63,931 nt of DNA, filler included, from Trypethelium eluteriae (GCA_051942245.1; 3 parts of 3 records of this genome joined end to end with filler, not necessarily neighbours in it), one strand, 5' to 3'; positions 34,636-47,423 are shown, counted from the whole stretch's first letter. Made by a program: numbers and translations. Notes: generated by a model not told the origin, from the letters alone.

Positions 34636-37600
34636 GGACCAGCCTTACCGACGTTGGCCGTCCATGAAGTCGCAAGAATGAACTTTGACTTCAATCCAGG
34701 CCAATAATACAGGCGTGCCGCACTCTCCGCCCCTAGCAGACAGCTAAGAAGACGATAGCACAAGAAAACGCTAACCTGACACAAGAGTATGGTCACATCC
34801 TGGGTGACTTGTTTTTGAGGTTGAAAGATCAGCTAATTCGAAAGCTGTTCATTACACTGGTCCACGACACCTTAGGAAAGCTCACCGAGTAGTCTTGGTT
34901 TCTACTAGTGTCTCCATCCTGGAGGATCCCGGCAGGAATCTTATAGACTTCACCACGAGATGCATTTCCGTTGCTCTCATGACCAACATCTCAACAAAAG
35001 TAGGCCATAGACAGCAACAAAATGTTTGGAAATCACTACCTTGATGAAGAGTTCTAAGACAATTGATTATGTAATAGATTACCTTCCCTCACCAAACATC
35101 ACATTTCGCTGCGATCCTTCACATTCTTTCTTCGCTCCTGCCAGGGTCATCACTAATTACTCGCAACAATACAACTGTGATCGCTTTTTTCGCTGAAATG
35201 AATGGCGAATTGGTTTGAAAGCCGCCTCCGAAGCCACCCGAAATTACAGCGGTGCCGACATCAAGATGTAGGATCGAAAGATCGTGCGACTCGGGCGGCG
35301 GGCCTGCTTTCAAGTTGATTATAATGTATAACGTTGCCTGCAAATATGACGCTTACTTTCCTCATGAGCCCCAAGTCCGCCGGTCACTGTTGTGGTTCGA
35401 AATGATAAGGTACAGTGTGTAGCACTGACTACGAAGACGATGGTGAGCAGCATCTTACGTGTGTTGCATATACAATTCGTCTTTTCGGCGCTCTCGCCCC
35501 TCAAGGAAGGGATAAATCCCAGTCCGGACCAACCATATCGCAAGTCAGTTGATATACTTCGCACCATTCCTACTTTTTTTTCCAACAGTCTTTCCCTCTT
35601 TTCTAGCCTTTGGTAGAGGCGTTCAGGACATCTAGGTCTCCTTGCGGATCCATTTTGCCAATATGCTCCTCATCACCGGACACTCTGCGCTCGAGGGAGA
35701 TTGGCTCTCTGGCATCAATGGTACTGGCCCGATTAGTTCGACCCGAGAGCCTCTAACGATATCCACAAGCACAGGCTTACCCCATCTTTTCTATCCCGGC
35801 ATTCTTTACTGGCATTCCGTGGACAAGCGAGAACAGAAAAAGCACACAGATCGTGCCTGAAGTAACGGATAATCTCATCTCGGTAGAATGATAATGATGT
35901 ATCATGCAGAGCTGAGATCGATCATCGGCTTCTAACCTTTCGAATCGTGATCGTCGGAGAAGAACTTGACAAAAGTTGTGAGACGATATAAGGAACTCGA
36001 AGGTCATTACGAGTCAGTACATGTTTACATCGTCCTCAAAGCTTATCTTAAACTTTATATAGGTAACATTCCCAGTACCTTTTCACTATGATGAAGCGGT
36101 TAGTAAACCACTAGAAGATGAGAGGAGACCAAGGTCGTTACCACTCTTAGCACTCACAGAGAGTTCTCAGCACCGAAGGAACCCAATATCAACAAAGTAA
36201 CTCAACAAGAGCAGGTTCTATCCTCCTGTATGCGACGACTTCTTCTCTGATCTCTATCTACATTTGACACTCAGTTGGACCTCACAACCACTGAGCCTAT
36301 AATAAGTAATCTCAGCTACTCCGAGCAACTTATCTGTCTTGACCCCGATATCCTTAACAGAAAGACTATAGCAGACGAGCTCTACAGACCCGTATATCAA
36401 AATGCCAATAGTTGACGTTCATAATGCGTTGTTATGCTTGATTGGTAGAGTGATGAGTGATGCACCATGGCTAGGGTGAAAGGTCACCGTCCAAAAAACC
36501 AACAGGGAACAGCCCTCCCCTTCACAAAACCGAGACATATGACCAGCTGAAAACTCCAAACTTCCCAAAATCTGGATCTGAAACAAGCCAAGTAAGTGCC
36601 CATGTGCCATGCGGACTCCACTGATAGGCCTATGCTTGCATCAACCTCTGCAAAGCTCCGTTGAACCATCCATCATCTCCGTCCTTCGATTCGAACAAAG
36701 GCACCGCCAACTTCCCCACTCTGAAAAAAAAGTGATTCATTGGGGATTTGCACGGCAGAAAAGAGTTATGTGCTGATGTGAGCCAGTGTTAAGCAATATG
36801 CGTCGCCGTAAAGTAAGGAAAGAAGTAAAGACATCACTGTCGTACGGGCAAGCAGAGGCTCCTGCCTTTTCAAAGTACCCCTTCTTCCGGCAGTTCCATC
36901 AGATTCCGCTATCTTCACCATCATCGTCGGGTCAAAAAGATAGGCACGCTAACATCGAAGGGACGGAAGTCCAGCAAAGCTTGACGATCCGTTGAACGGT
37001 CGCGATTATTCCTGAACTCCGGAAATGTCAACTCATGACAAATGTTTGGGTTTTGAATTGACGGGCTTACCATGAGACTTGCATCCGTGCATGTACCCGC
37101 TGAATATGGCAACCAAATGTGACGACTCCTGAAAGCAAGTCGCGACAACCAAGCTCGTTGAGGTGACCAGCATCTTCGGTTCGCATCGCCAAAGCCAGCA
37201 GCCCTGGGGGCACAGATGTCATCGAATACGTTGTATCAGAAATTTTATGCCTGAATTGAGGTATCAGGTCGATGTTTTATGTTCGCAAACGAAGCTGTTG
37301 AAGACCGATACCTCATCAGATGTCCTACACTTTTCCAAGGCCCACCCAAGCACCCACATAAAGCAGATGAATGGTTGGACCTATAGCCGGTCAGCTAAAT
37401 GACTGTGGAAAGGCGCATCACTTTGAATGAAAATGATTGTGACTTTCTTGGTTTCTCCCTAAGTATGTGTTGATACAACAGGCAACGTGAGATACTCACG
37501 CTCAACACTACGAGAAGGTGAAGTTCTTTCGTAGGGCTTAGGGACAAGCAAATGTGAAAAGTTCAAACGAATGTGAGGGAGAGGCGGAAGACAGACGGCT

Positions 37601-37790
37601 AGGGCCTGGGGAAAGTAAGGAACATGATAGAAAGGAACGGACAAGCGAATAGGACGTAGGTAAAAGAGTGAATATAGGGATAAGGATGACAGTAGCGAGC
37701 GACTAAAGGGTGAAATTAGCGACTTAACAGCAGAGGACAGCTCGAGTACCTAGGACCAGCTCATTAGCCGTTTCGCCGCATTGACTACCT

Positions 37791-37965
37791 TACCGCGGCT
37801 GGGGGGTTCCCCAACTGGTAATCAATACGATGTTATTTCAACTTTACTGTTGCGACCTTGTTGGCCCATGTTCTCGCCGCCTTAAGATAGGTCAACATGG
37901 TCATAACAGCTAAAGTGAGGTAACATTATGTTGATTATCAGTTGAGGAACCCCCCAGCCGCGGTA
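37791..37965. mobile_element. TA-flanked foldback MITE with about 80-bp arms
   Basis: TACCGCGGCTGGGGGGTTCC.. (37791) is inverted as ..GGAACCCCCCAGCCGCGGTA (37965); arms align almost to the centre with mainly transition mismatches. Confidence 0.85.
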
Positions 37966-39430
37966 AGTCAGGTTGCAGCCTTTTGATATCTGATGTCTAC
38001 CGGACCAACGGCCACGATATGACACAACCGCCCCTCTTGATTGCAGATATTCCCAGTCGATGTTGTGGATATGAACGTTATCCTTAGGTACAGTCTAAGA
38101 AGGCGTGGCGTTAAGTGTCCAGAAAGGTGAATACCGCCTACAGGTGACGCCCCTGCCCTCATTCACTGCAATGACTGATAAAGCCTAAGTCGGTCAGATC
38201 AAGCTACGCATGAGTTGTATACTAAAAGATTGGTCTTACAGGCAGTTTTAGGAACGTGTTCCCCAGGCATACACTGATACCTAATTGCTGCGATGATGTT
38301 AGCAACTCAATCATCCACACCAAGCGCTTCCTTAGCGGATCCATGAATGATTTTAATAATTCTCCCAGCTCGATGATTACAGTGAGCTGGTAGAAATGAA
38401 AAGCCGAAATCAGCAATTGTGGAGTAAGGCTTGATTCTACCGTTCGCTGCCTGGACAGTGGCTTGACGACCTACAATACAATAAGTCAAAAGTGTGACCG
38501 GCTGCAACAGCTCGCTCAGCAGGTATGCTCCTTTCTCACCAATAACACAAATCAAGGCCAGGTGATGCGAGCGCATCGGCACTGGTGAAATCCCACTGTT
38601 AGATAAGAGCGGGTTCTGAAACCCATTGTCGTGGAACTTATATTCGCAACCTTCTCGATGGATGTATTATTAGCGGCATAAGGATTGACAAGTGTATCTG
38701 ATGGAACTTAGCAACGGCTCTACCACTCTTCTTATCCTGCCATTCTCCCTCAATCCCAAGTTCCTGAACGTCAATGACGTACTTCTCGAGTGTATACTCT
38801 GCTACAACCGACATATGGTACAGTTGGCCTCCTTTTCCCTCGCTGCCCTTCTGATATCACTGTCGCCGTCATTGTTGTCACTGCTTACCAAATTACTGTA
38901 AGGCTATTAATATAGCCTGGTGGTACAAGATGTCTCCTTCTCCTTGGTCCAGCAGTGGGCGTCCGCTTATTCGATTATCCTCGGTCTGCTGGCATTGTGT
39001 TAGGCATTCAATCTAGAGCCCTGAACGGTGAAAGCGTCGGGATGCGATGAGGAGCGATGGGGCTTAGATTTTTGCCTCCTGTAACGCGAGTTCTTGATTC
39101 CCATCAATTAGTATGCCCTTCTCGAAGTTTTCATGGCATGTCAAATCATGGGGTCCAGACATACATGTCTTCCAGATATTCAAAACAGCATTACCAATTT
39201 AGGCAAGATGTATATACTTGCTGTACAAAGATATACAGGAACCTTGAGTGATTGTCCCGAAAGACTCACATCCTCATCATACTGGCGCGGCCCGCACTGC
39301 CATTCATCGTATGACCATTTGCCTTGTCATTCTCCATTCCCACGCGCCCATTCGTAGCTATTTCGACCGCTGCGCTCCCATTGATGCGTTGTGCCTCGTT
39401 TGGCTCCGGATTTCCTTCCTTTTCTGCTCC

Positions 39431-41209
39431 CTAACCCCTGGAGTGCCTCCTGGATCCCCACTGGCTACAGTATGAAACTACTGCCGCCAAGACGAGGCCC
39501 AACAGTATCAAGTCGACGACATGGACCGCCCACCATACGTGCTGTACCACAAACGGACACGCGGCATACTCAACCTTCCATTCACCCGCTTCTCCTCCTT
39601 TTGCGCCTTCCTCGTACCACGCACTTAGGAGACCTGCGTTACCACCGTACGAGCCCATCATACTTCGTACTGTCACCTCTCTGATACCCGGAATATCTGA
39701 GGACACGGGGAGCTTAGCACGACGAGCGATCGGATAAGGCAACGCTGCCCAATCTCCAGTCTTTGTCTCTGCACTCTCCCCGGACATATCTGTAGTTTCG
39801 GAGCGATTGAAGTAATGCCAGACATCGCATCCCTCATGGTCGTGCCCGTCCAGAATGATTCCCATCCTTCCCATTCCCGCCCGCGGCGCCCCCCTGTCTC
39901 CACTCATTCCAAAGATGGACTGCAGGACTTGGCGGCTGGCAAATTCGGAAAGGTGATTCTGTTCCCGGAGGAGGCCGGCATTCTCCTCGTAATAGGAGAA
40001 GTATGGGGCGTCGATGCAGACACCTGCTTGCTTGTGAAGGGGAACGTGGGTGAGGAGGACGGTGAGGACTGAGGGGTCTTCGACAGGGCGGGAGGTGGAG
40101 ATGACGCTGTTTATGAAGGAGTAAGTGTCGGATTGGTGGGCGTGAGAGTAGACAGGGCCGTCCAGATTCATGTCATTGAGAACGACGAGGCGGATGACGG
40201 GATCGGAGTTCATCCTGGAAGCCGTACTATCGAATGGGCTCAGCGGGGCTGAGGTCTGGGGATTACTGTCTGATGAGGGAATGCGAGGCAGCCGGACCCA
40301 GCGATCCCAATTCACTCGACCAAATTGTTTCTCAAACCGGTCAATGGCAGATCCGTCAACCTCGCCGGCGTAGCCAATGTCGTGATTGCCGGCAATATTG
40401 ATGATTCTATTCTCCCAAGCTTTTTCCACTCCAAGATCGTCACCTGGCTCATCACTGCCATCTCCGAGGGCGGTTAAGTCTTCGATCTTTTGCCCATCGC
40501 TGAACACTCTATTCCAAAATCTCCATGCTCTCCATTCGAATTCGTTGTCATCGATCCATTGGCTTCCCACCAGGTCTCCAAGCACGGTGACATGAGTCGG
40601 TCCCGCCCACCACTTCATGCTCCGATACACATGGGCAAGGTAATAGTCGTTACCCCAAAGATCTAATCTCTTCCTCCAACTACCAAAGAGCCGAGGAACA
40701 TCCTGAACTACCAGATCTCTGAAGGATTCCAGAATACGCATGCAGCCAACAAGCTCCTTTTCCAAAGGTCTACCGTCTTCTTTGTTCTTGAAGATATGCT
40801 TTTCAAACAATTGTTTTAAACTCGGAAAAGTCGGTTCATCGGAGTTAGGGAGCGAGGTGTCGCCCTCGAGCTGGGGGTCTCCAAGGGCCAACAATCTGAA
40901 GGGAGCCTTCCTTCCTGCAAGCTTATTTCGACCATCCTCGCTTATTTCCTTCCACGTATGGACCATCTGCTTTCCCAGTCCTAGAAGCCCTCCTCTTGAT
41001 CCCGTGGTGGCGCCATTAGGGTCTTGCGGCGCCTTGCCATGGCTTGCTTGCGGATTGAGGTAACATACCTCGGGTTCTGATCTCTGTGGAGGAGGCTCGG
41101 GAAACTCGCAGCCGTGGAGGAAAGGGTAGAAGTATATCCAAAGAGTGCTGATCAAGGCAGGCGTTAGGAGGAAGCGGACGAGGGTTAGGAGAAGGCCGGA
41201 GTTGGGCAT
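39431..41209 (-). CDS. TED1: Ted1-like ER metallophosphoesterase (GPI remodelling, PGAP5/Cdc1 family)
   Basis: PFRLLALGDPQLEGD, DLWGNDYYLAHVY, VTVLGDLVGSQWIDD, NIAGNHDIGYAG, LLTHVPLHK, GHDHEGC, REVTVRSMMGSYGGNAG; N- and C-terminal TM segments. Confidence 0.88.
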   Translation of the reverse strand: MPNSGLLLTLVRFLLTPALISTLWIYFYPFLHGCEFPEPPPQRSEPEVCYLNPQASHGKAPQDPNGATTGSRGGLLGLGKQMVHTWKEISEDGRNKLAGRKAPFRLLALGDPQLEGDTSLPNSDEPTFPSLKQLFEKHIFKNKEDGRPLEKELVGCMRILESFRDLVVQDVPRLFGSWRKRLDLWGNDYYLAHVYRSMKWWAGPTHVTVLGDLVGSQWIDDNEFEWRAWRFWNRVFSDGQKIEDLTALGDGSDEPGDDLGVEKAWENRIINIAGNHDIGYAGEVDGSAIDRFEKQFGRVNWDRWVRLPRIPSSDSNPQTSAPLSPFDSTASRMNSDPVIRLVVLNDMNLDGPVYSHAHQSDTYSFINSVISTSRPVEDPSVLTVLLTHVPLHKQAGVCIDAPYFSYYEENAGLLREQNHLSEFASRQVLQSIFGMSGDRGAPRAGMGRMGIILDGHDHEGCDVWHYFNRSETTDMSGESAETKTGDWAALPYPIARRAKLPVSSDIPGIREVTVRSMMGSYGGNAGLLSAWYEEGAKGGEAGEWKVEYAACPFVVQHVWWAVHVVDLILLGLVLAAVVSYCSQWGSRRHSRG

Positions 41210-41887
41210 TGACGAAGCATCGGAGCACTCAATATGTTTGGCAAGCTGATAGAAGAGAGAGTAGAAAGGAGAGAGAGGAGGAGAGTAGCAAAGGAGCGCC
41301 GGTAAAAAGAAGGACAGGAATCCACATGGGTTGAAAGGTTGTTAGAACCTAGCTATTTAGTTGCGTGCAACGCGAATGATAGTTGAACAACTGGTCCGTG
41401 CGTCACGGCCTCTCCTAGACCCAGGGGCCAGGGCTACACGGGTCTACTCCGTACAATGAGATGAGAGCCGGGCGGTTGATTTGAATGGGCTTGTCAAATT
41501 AAACCGCCAAACATAACCGCACAACCTAGAAGCAAAAGCATATCAGTCAATGATCTAAAGCTCGTGGTTAAGCTACTATATGCCTTGAAAGTGTCAGTCC
41601 CCTTTAGAGCCTGCAACACTGTCTCTGACCTATCGTCAAAGGTAATTCAAGTCCCATTTTTTTTAACACATAATGCCGTCGCGCTTACGTTTCCCATTCT
41701 ACTTCGACGGAAGAACTGCTCAAATCACTGTTCCAAGCCACTGAAGAAGTGAATGCAGTAAGCGCGCGTGTGTACTAAGCGCGCGTTCCGTGTTTTGCTA
41801 CTTTGCTTAAGCTCCATCCTGAAGTGCCGCAACGAACAGCATCTCGAAATCTTATTGTCACGCTTTCTCTCAACGACGGGTCTCGCC

Positions 41888-42834
41888 ATGCTGCCTCTTA
41901 GGCGCTCAGTGCTTGCTTTAGCATGCCGCCCTGCTACTGTCCGACCAATTGCTTCCCGCACGTTCACTTCATCCCTCATTCGGCGTGAGTCTACTTACCT
42001 CCTGGCCGACCCGTGAGCTCCAGCAGCAGCTCCATAGAAAGCGAAAGGTTAATCAATGCTGATACGTCGATTCTATCTTAGGGAAAGATGACCAACAGAG
42101 TGATCCTCTACCCGGCGAGCCATCGAAGCACGTCAAGAAATTCAATGGTATCTCCGCCTTCTCTCATCTGACACGAGATCATCCTCTCCCTCTTCCTCTT
42201 CCCTCTCCGCCTGCAACCTCAGCCCAGTTCTTGGACCGTACTTTCAGACTGATATCTGGCAACTGTCATAGAAATAAAGACGGAAGAAGATCTTCTTCCC
42301 CCTGGCGCCGAGCCCGGCACGATCCCGACGGATATCGAGCAAGCCACCGGCCTTGACCGTCTCGAAATCTTGGGTAAGATGCAAGGCGTCGATATCTTCG
42401 ATATGAAACCTCTGGATGCTAGCCGGAGGGGCACACTCGACAATCCGATCGTGGTGCGGAGTGCTGGCGATGAGCAGTACTGTGGATGCACGGGGAGTCC
42501 CGCCGATAGTCATGTGGTGAAGTGGCTCACGGTGAGTGCGACTTTTACTTGATCGTTCACGATTACCTATTGTGGAAACAGTGGTGGTCTTGGGGATACG
42601 AGATTGAATTTCAGCTGACGAAGATTGATCATATAGCTCTCGCGGGATCGCCCTGTGGAGCGCTGTATCGAATGTGGGTCCGTATATCAAATGGAATATG
42701 TTGGCCCAGCCGAGGACCCTCATGGGCATGGCCACGGTGAGCATGATGTTCATGGACACGATGCTGATGGGGCGCACAATTACGAGGGCGAGCCAAAGAC
42801 GATGGCGGACTTTGTAAATCCTGAGTACAGATAG
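41888..42834 (+). CDS. COX4: Cytochrome c oxidase subunit IV (yeast Cox4 / COX5B family); exons 41888-41984, 42082-42147, 42272-42531, 42637-42834
   Basis: Mitochondrial presequence MLPLRRSVLALACRP.., PGAEPGTIPTDIEQATGLDRLEILG, Zn ligands YCGCTGSPADSH and ERCIECGSVY. Confidence 0.95.
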
Positions 42835-43140
42835 GTATTCGAGGTGTCCTGTATGAGGTGAGGACGATTAGACGGGGCAGCAAAACCGTGTACATCAGCT
42901 TGGCGATCATCAAGTATTAGAACAATATCGTGAACCGCAAGTACCAAGTTCAGTTACGGCTTGTACGTTGGATTGGATTTAGTCGTGCGGCAGCCAAAGA
43001 AAGCAAGGAAACTCAAACGCCATGTCATTTGCTACCTAGTGCTTGGAGATGCACAATGCCTAATGAAATATCTCTCATCTAGACCTGAATGAGCCACACG
43101 CTCCCCAATTGCTGGTATCTTTCTGCTTCTCACGCCTACT

Positions 43141-44096
43141 TCACATCACGACACCGGAGTTGCTTGCGATACGCTATGGAGCATTAGCAAATTGAGAGTA
43201 AGCATAAATTTTCAGAGGGAGCCTTACTGGCCAGAGCTCTGCTGCTTCCTTGCCAACAGGACCAGTAATGGCCGATCCCTTCATCTCACCCTTTGGATTG
43301 ACGATCTGTAATCAAAAAGCCGTTAGCAAAAGAAATCTCGATCGACCATCTCAATCCAAGCCCCATCTCTCTATTCTGCCACTTCTTGTCTCTGCCTCTT
43401 CTCTCTGCAATCTTGATCCTTCCCATCTCTTCCTCGCCCCATCTCCTTTGACCCACGTCTCTCTCCAACTCGCAAGTTTTATGTAGTGGGAATTCAACTC
43501 ACCACTCCGGCGTTGTCCTCGAAATATAGGTATACCCCGTCCGCCCGTCTCCAGGGCTTGCTCTGCCGTACCACCACCGCAGGCATGACCTTCTTTCGCA
43601 GCTCGGGCTTGCCCTTCTTCACTGTCGCCATCACCATGTCGCCCACACCCGCAGCTGGTAACCGATTGAGACGTGCCCCGATGCCCTTGACGGAGATGAT
43701 GTAAATAGAGCTGTGCAAGCATCAGAAATTGGCCCTGTCTCGTATGGTACGAAAAAAGGAGGGAGCTAACCGAGCACCGCTGTTGTCCGCACAGTTCATG
43801 ACCGCACCGCTAAGAGGAATGGACTGTCAGCATTTGAATTGGGGAGGACGTGGTCCCAGTGGAACCCTTGCGTATTGGGAACCGATAGTAGGGGAGAGTA
43901 GCGCAGTGGGACGTACACAGGCAGACCAAGGGTCATCTTCAGCTTGTTTCCAGCCCCGGCGGCTCTTCTATAAGTCGCAATGTTAGTGCATTTACTCAAA
44001 TATGAGGTGTCTTCTGTTGTCGCTTTGTGATCTAGCTAATCTTCCTCTTCTTGACACATAGAAATTCGAATCTTGGACGTACCCTCTGCCAGGCAT
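43141..44096 (-). CDS. RPL23: 60S ribosomal protein L23 (uL14), 6 exons
   Basis: Spliced [120 protein letters not shown]. Confidence 0.97.
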
Positions 44097-44738
44097 TTTG
44101 AGATCGTTTCCACTATTTCAGTCTTTCCAGAGGATTGAGTCGCAATGCACTGTATTAGGGGCCTCTCAGGTTACAAATGTTCACAACCGTGCGTGAGTGG
44201 GTAGGTGGAAAGTTCGCCGGCATGAGGTGAAACGATTTTCCGTACTTTGTGTGGTTTCTGACAAGCGAGCATCACCAGACGCGGGGCGCTGATAGGCTGA
44301 GATGAACTCCGTAGATCTGCTTGAGATAGGAGGACAAACTTCTCCTTGGGGAGGCAATAGATCCGAATTGCCCTTCAGTAGTATGAGTTTCCACTTCATA
44401 CGATTATGTAGTTCTCCAAAAATACTGATCCGTAATTTGGATCACTCTTAGGCATCCAGACCATGGCAAATCGAGCGCATTTAGATCGATGGCATTGCCT
44501 ATAGGCGTTTTCCATTTCTCTGCGAATTCAGATCGCTCTCAATTACAATACAATGCATATTCAAAATCCATAATTCCAGATCGCCAATGCCTTAACATCC
44601 ATACACCTCGAACGCTCAACGCTTCCCAACCCTCTCGATCCCTTCCGGATCCAACGCCCCCATCCATCCATCATCCCGCATCGTCACCTTCCCCCGTCCA
44701 ACTTCTCCATCGCATCTTCCGGCCCCTTACCCCTCAAC

Positions 44739-44838
44739 NNNNNNNNNNNNNNNNNNNNNNNNNNNNNNNNNNNNNNNNNNNNTTAATTAATTAANNNNNN
44801 NNNNNNNNNNNNNNNNNNNNNNNNNNNNNNNNNNNNNN
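44739..44838. other. Artificial contig-joining linker
   Basis: 44 N + TTAATTAATTAA + 44 N. Confidence 0.97.
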
Positions 44839-45453
44839 AGTCTGAGCCGTGGCTGTGGACGAAGAGGCTTTTGGAGGTACCAGGCCGGGCATTGGTGGAA
44901 GTGCCTGAGGGATGTCAGACTTCCAGGTCGGTACGTTTGACATGCAGACAGTGATATAAAAATCACCTACCTCGAGACTGAACTCTTCGCCATCTTGGCT
45001 GCTGCGACGCAGATCAGGTACCCCCGGCTGCTTCTTGAGTCGATTTTTCGATGTGGCGCTGCTAAGGATGCGAGAGCCTAATGACAGACCTCGTGGGCGA
45101 CCTCTTTCTGACTTCTGGACGAACTCGCTTTCCTCAGCAGTCTCCTTCAATACTGGAATGTCGGGCTTCTCGGCCATCTTTTTCGGTTTCTGGCCTACGT
45201 TGTCAACGCTTTTGTTAGAAAATAAAGAAAGCGACCTGTTCTTTCTCGGCATTTTGATTTCGGGAGCCTTGTCGCTGCTCTGAAACTTAGAGTGAAGGTT
45301 CGGCGTTGACATCTCTCCCCAAGGACCTTGACCCAACCGCCCATGAGACTGTGTCGTCTTGATCTGCTGAGGAGGTGGAGCAGATCTCCTCCGCGAGCCA
45401 AGAAGATGACCAGCAGGAGGCTTAAGCGTTGGAGAATCACCTGGAGCGGGCAT
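44839..45453 (-). CDS. Hypothetical low-complexity Ser/Pro/basic protein, 5' part (runs into linker)
   Basis: ATG-initiated open frame of about 200 aa; no recognisable domain; possible intron near 44970-44905. Confidence 0.45.
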
Positions 45454-46154
45454 AGTAAGTGTGGTCCTTACTTCTTTTACGTGACAAATCAGTAACGGTG
45501 ATCCGTGAAGAGAAGATCACCCGCGGTCATGAGAGATCGACGCTGTTGTGGGAGGTGGAGATGCGAGAAGTTTAAGATAGTGCGAAAGATTGAATAGGTG
45601 TGAGTGAAGAGGCACACCCTGCTCAAGCTGCTTGCTGTAATGTTTTGTACTTGAACCAAATTGAAGTGAAGTGAAGTGAGAGGCTCCTTTGGCGCTGCAC
45701 GTCTTCTCAATTCACAGTATTCACAGAGAGCGCTAACCAAGATTTGACGCACAGAGCCGTAGCACATCTGCGTGGAACCTCCTCGCAAACACGTGAGGCT
45801 CTTTGAAATCGTTACAGTCACTTAATTTCAACATTCTGGAAACTTCCGTCTTAACATTCCTACACCGTTTTCCATTTCTCCAAGGGTTACAGGCTTGCAA
45901 CCTAGTTCGCGATGCTGTTTACATCGCGGATTTTCCTGGAACTGTAATATATTGGCAATTTTCTCTGGTTACAATGTTGTATGAAATTACAGATAGCCTT
46001 TACTATCTGATGTGCTCTTTGAAATGAAATCAAAACTCAATTAGTCTAATGATAATAAGCAGCACAGGGTCTACGGCACTACCCTCGGCTACAAGGAAGA
46101 GCCTGATTTCCTACCCGATGAGGCGAACGTAGGGATTTTTTGGCAACTATCTCG

Positions 46155-47423
46155 TCAAGTCTGCCTCCAGTTCTTGGAGAACCAGGGTTTTTCTCCACCA
46201 CGCCTATTTGGGGGAACATACGTTGTTGGTATTGTCGGATTTGGCCCTGATGTGGTTTTCGAGTCGCAGCGATCTGCAGTTGTAGACGATGATTTATTGC
46301 GTTCTTCAATAGATCTGGCTTGTTTTCTGGACTCGTATTGAAAGTACGGGGGCAAGACCTCTCTATCCCTATTACGTTGTCCCGCGCGAACAGAAAAATT
46401 CCCAATCTTCTCTGCTAGAGGTCCGCTCAAAGTTCTGCGCTGTTCGTCACTCGGGTCTGTGGTAGCGAATCGCGTCTTGAAGATGTTATCGCCGAACGAA
46501 GTTGTGGCTGCGGGTGCCGAAGCAGGAGGATCAGCGAGCTCTCCAATAGCCGGTGAAGGAGGTGTGACTTTTACATTGAAGTTGGACGCGGCTCTCGCAT
46601 GTTCTCGACGGACTACTCTTCGGTGAAGAGAATCATCTTCATGAGAGGGCGTGAGTCCTAACTGGAGACGGTCTAGTCGGTTTATTTCACCAAACTGCTG
46701 CTGAGACTGCCCCTTGTTACCTCTATTAACTGACGCTCTTGGTCGAGAATCATTGAGCATACTCACAGGAGCATGATATCCAGCTGCGACACTCTCGTCA
46801 GTAGCAGCAGCAGGAGGATTCGATTCCCATGTCCATTGCTGCACCGTGGATTTATTAGAGAGTGAGATTATCTGTGATGAAGCTGGCCACCTTACCTGAC
46901 GTCGGTTGCCCCTTGTTTCTGCAGATACATCTGAGAACTCCACTCGTTCCTGCATCTCAGACACGGGACGAGTATTAGACAACGAGCCTAGGTACGGAAC
47001 AATGCTGGGACTATGTCCACGGGAATGCTGGGAACGGCCCCACTCCTCAGTTTGCTCAGAGGTCGGATTCATTCTCTCTTGCTCTTGTAACGCTGCTTTC
47101 ACCATCATCCAGGCTGAGTAGTCTGTGGAGTCTTGCAGGCCTTGAGATTCAAGCTTCGCCTGTCGTTCGCGCCAAGCCAACACGTCTTGTAGGCTGGCGG
47201 ACCGGCCAATCGACAGTGAAACGTACCAAATCTCCCACGCGTCGTCGGGAATAGGGGGCTGCTCTGACGGCGGTAGAGGACGTAAAGGTTCAGACTGAGC
47301 TGGATTGTGGATACCCTTGGACAGAATCTGCCTTGGCGACTCGGGCAAAATATGTTGCGATGGCTTGGTGTTACTGGAGCTATGTGGCATTAGTTTAAGA
47401 AACTTGGATCTCTGACCAGTCAT
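46155..47423 (-). CDS. Hypothetical, mostly disordered protein
   Basis: 422-aa ATG-initiated ORF, S/P/R/Q-rich; no recognisable domain. Confidence 0.5.
   Translation of the reverse strand: MTGQRSKFLKLMPHSSSNTKPSQHILPESPRQILSKGIHNPAQSEPLRPLPPSEQPPIPDDAWEIWYVSLSIGRSASLQDVLAWRERQAKLESQGLQDSTDYSAWMMVKAALQEQERMNPTSEQTEEWGRSQHSRGHSPSIVPYLGSLSNTRPVSEMQERVEFSDVSAETRGNRRQVRWPASSQIISLSNKSTVQQWTWESNPPAAATDESVAAGYHAPVSMLNDSRPRASVNRGNKGQSQQQFGEINRLDRLQLGLTPSHEDDSLHRRVVRREHARAASNFNVKVTPPSPAIGELADPPASAPAATTSFGDNIFKTRFATTDPSDEQRRTLSGPLAEKIGNFSVRAGQRNRDREVLPPYFQYESRKQARSIEERNKSSSTTADRCDSKTTSGPNPTIPTTYVPPNRRGGEKPWFSKNWRQT

Noticed and set aside
43306..43502. snoRNA in the long RPL23 intron
   Set aside because: Purine-rich low-complexity sequence without recognisable C/D or H/ACA structure.
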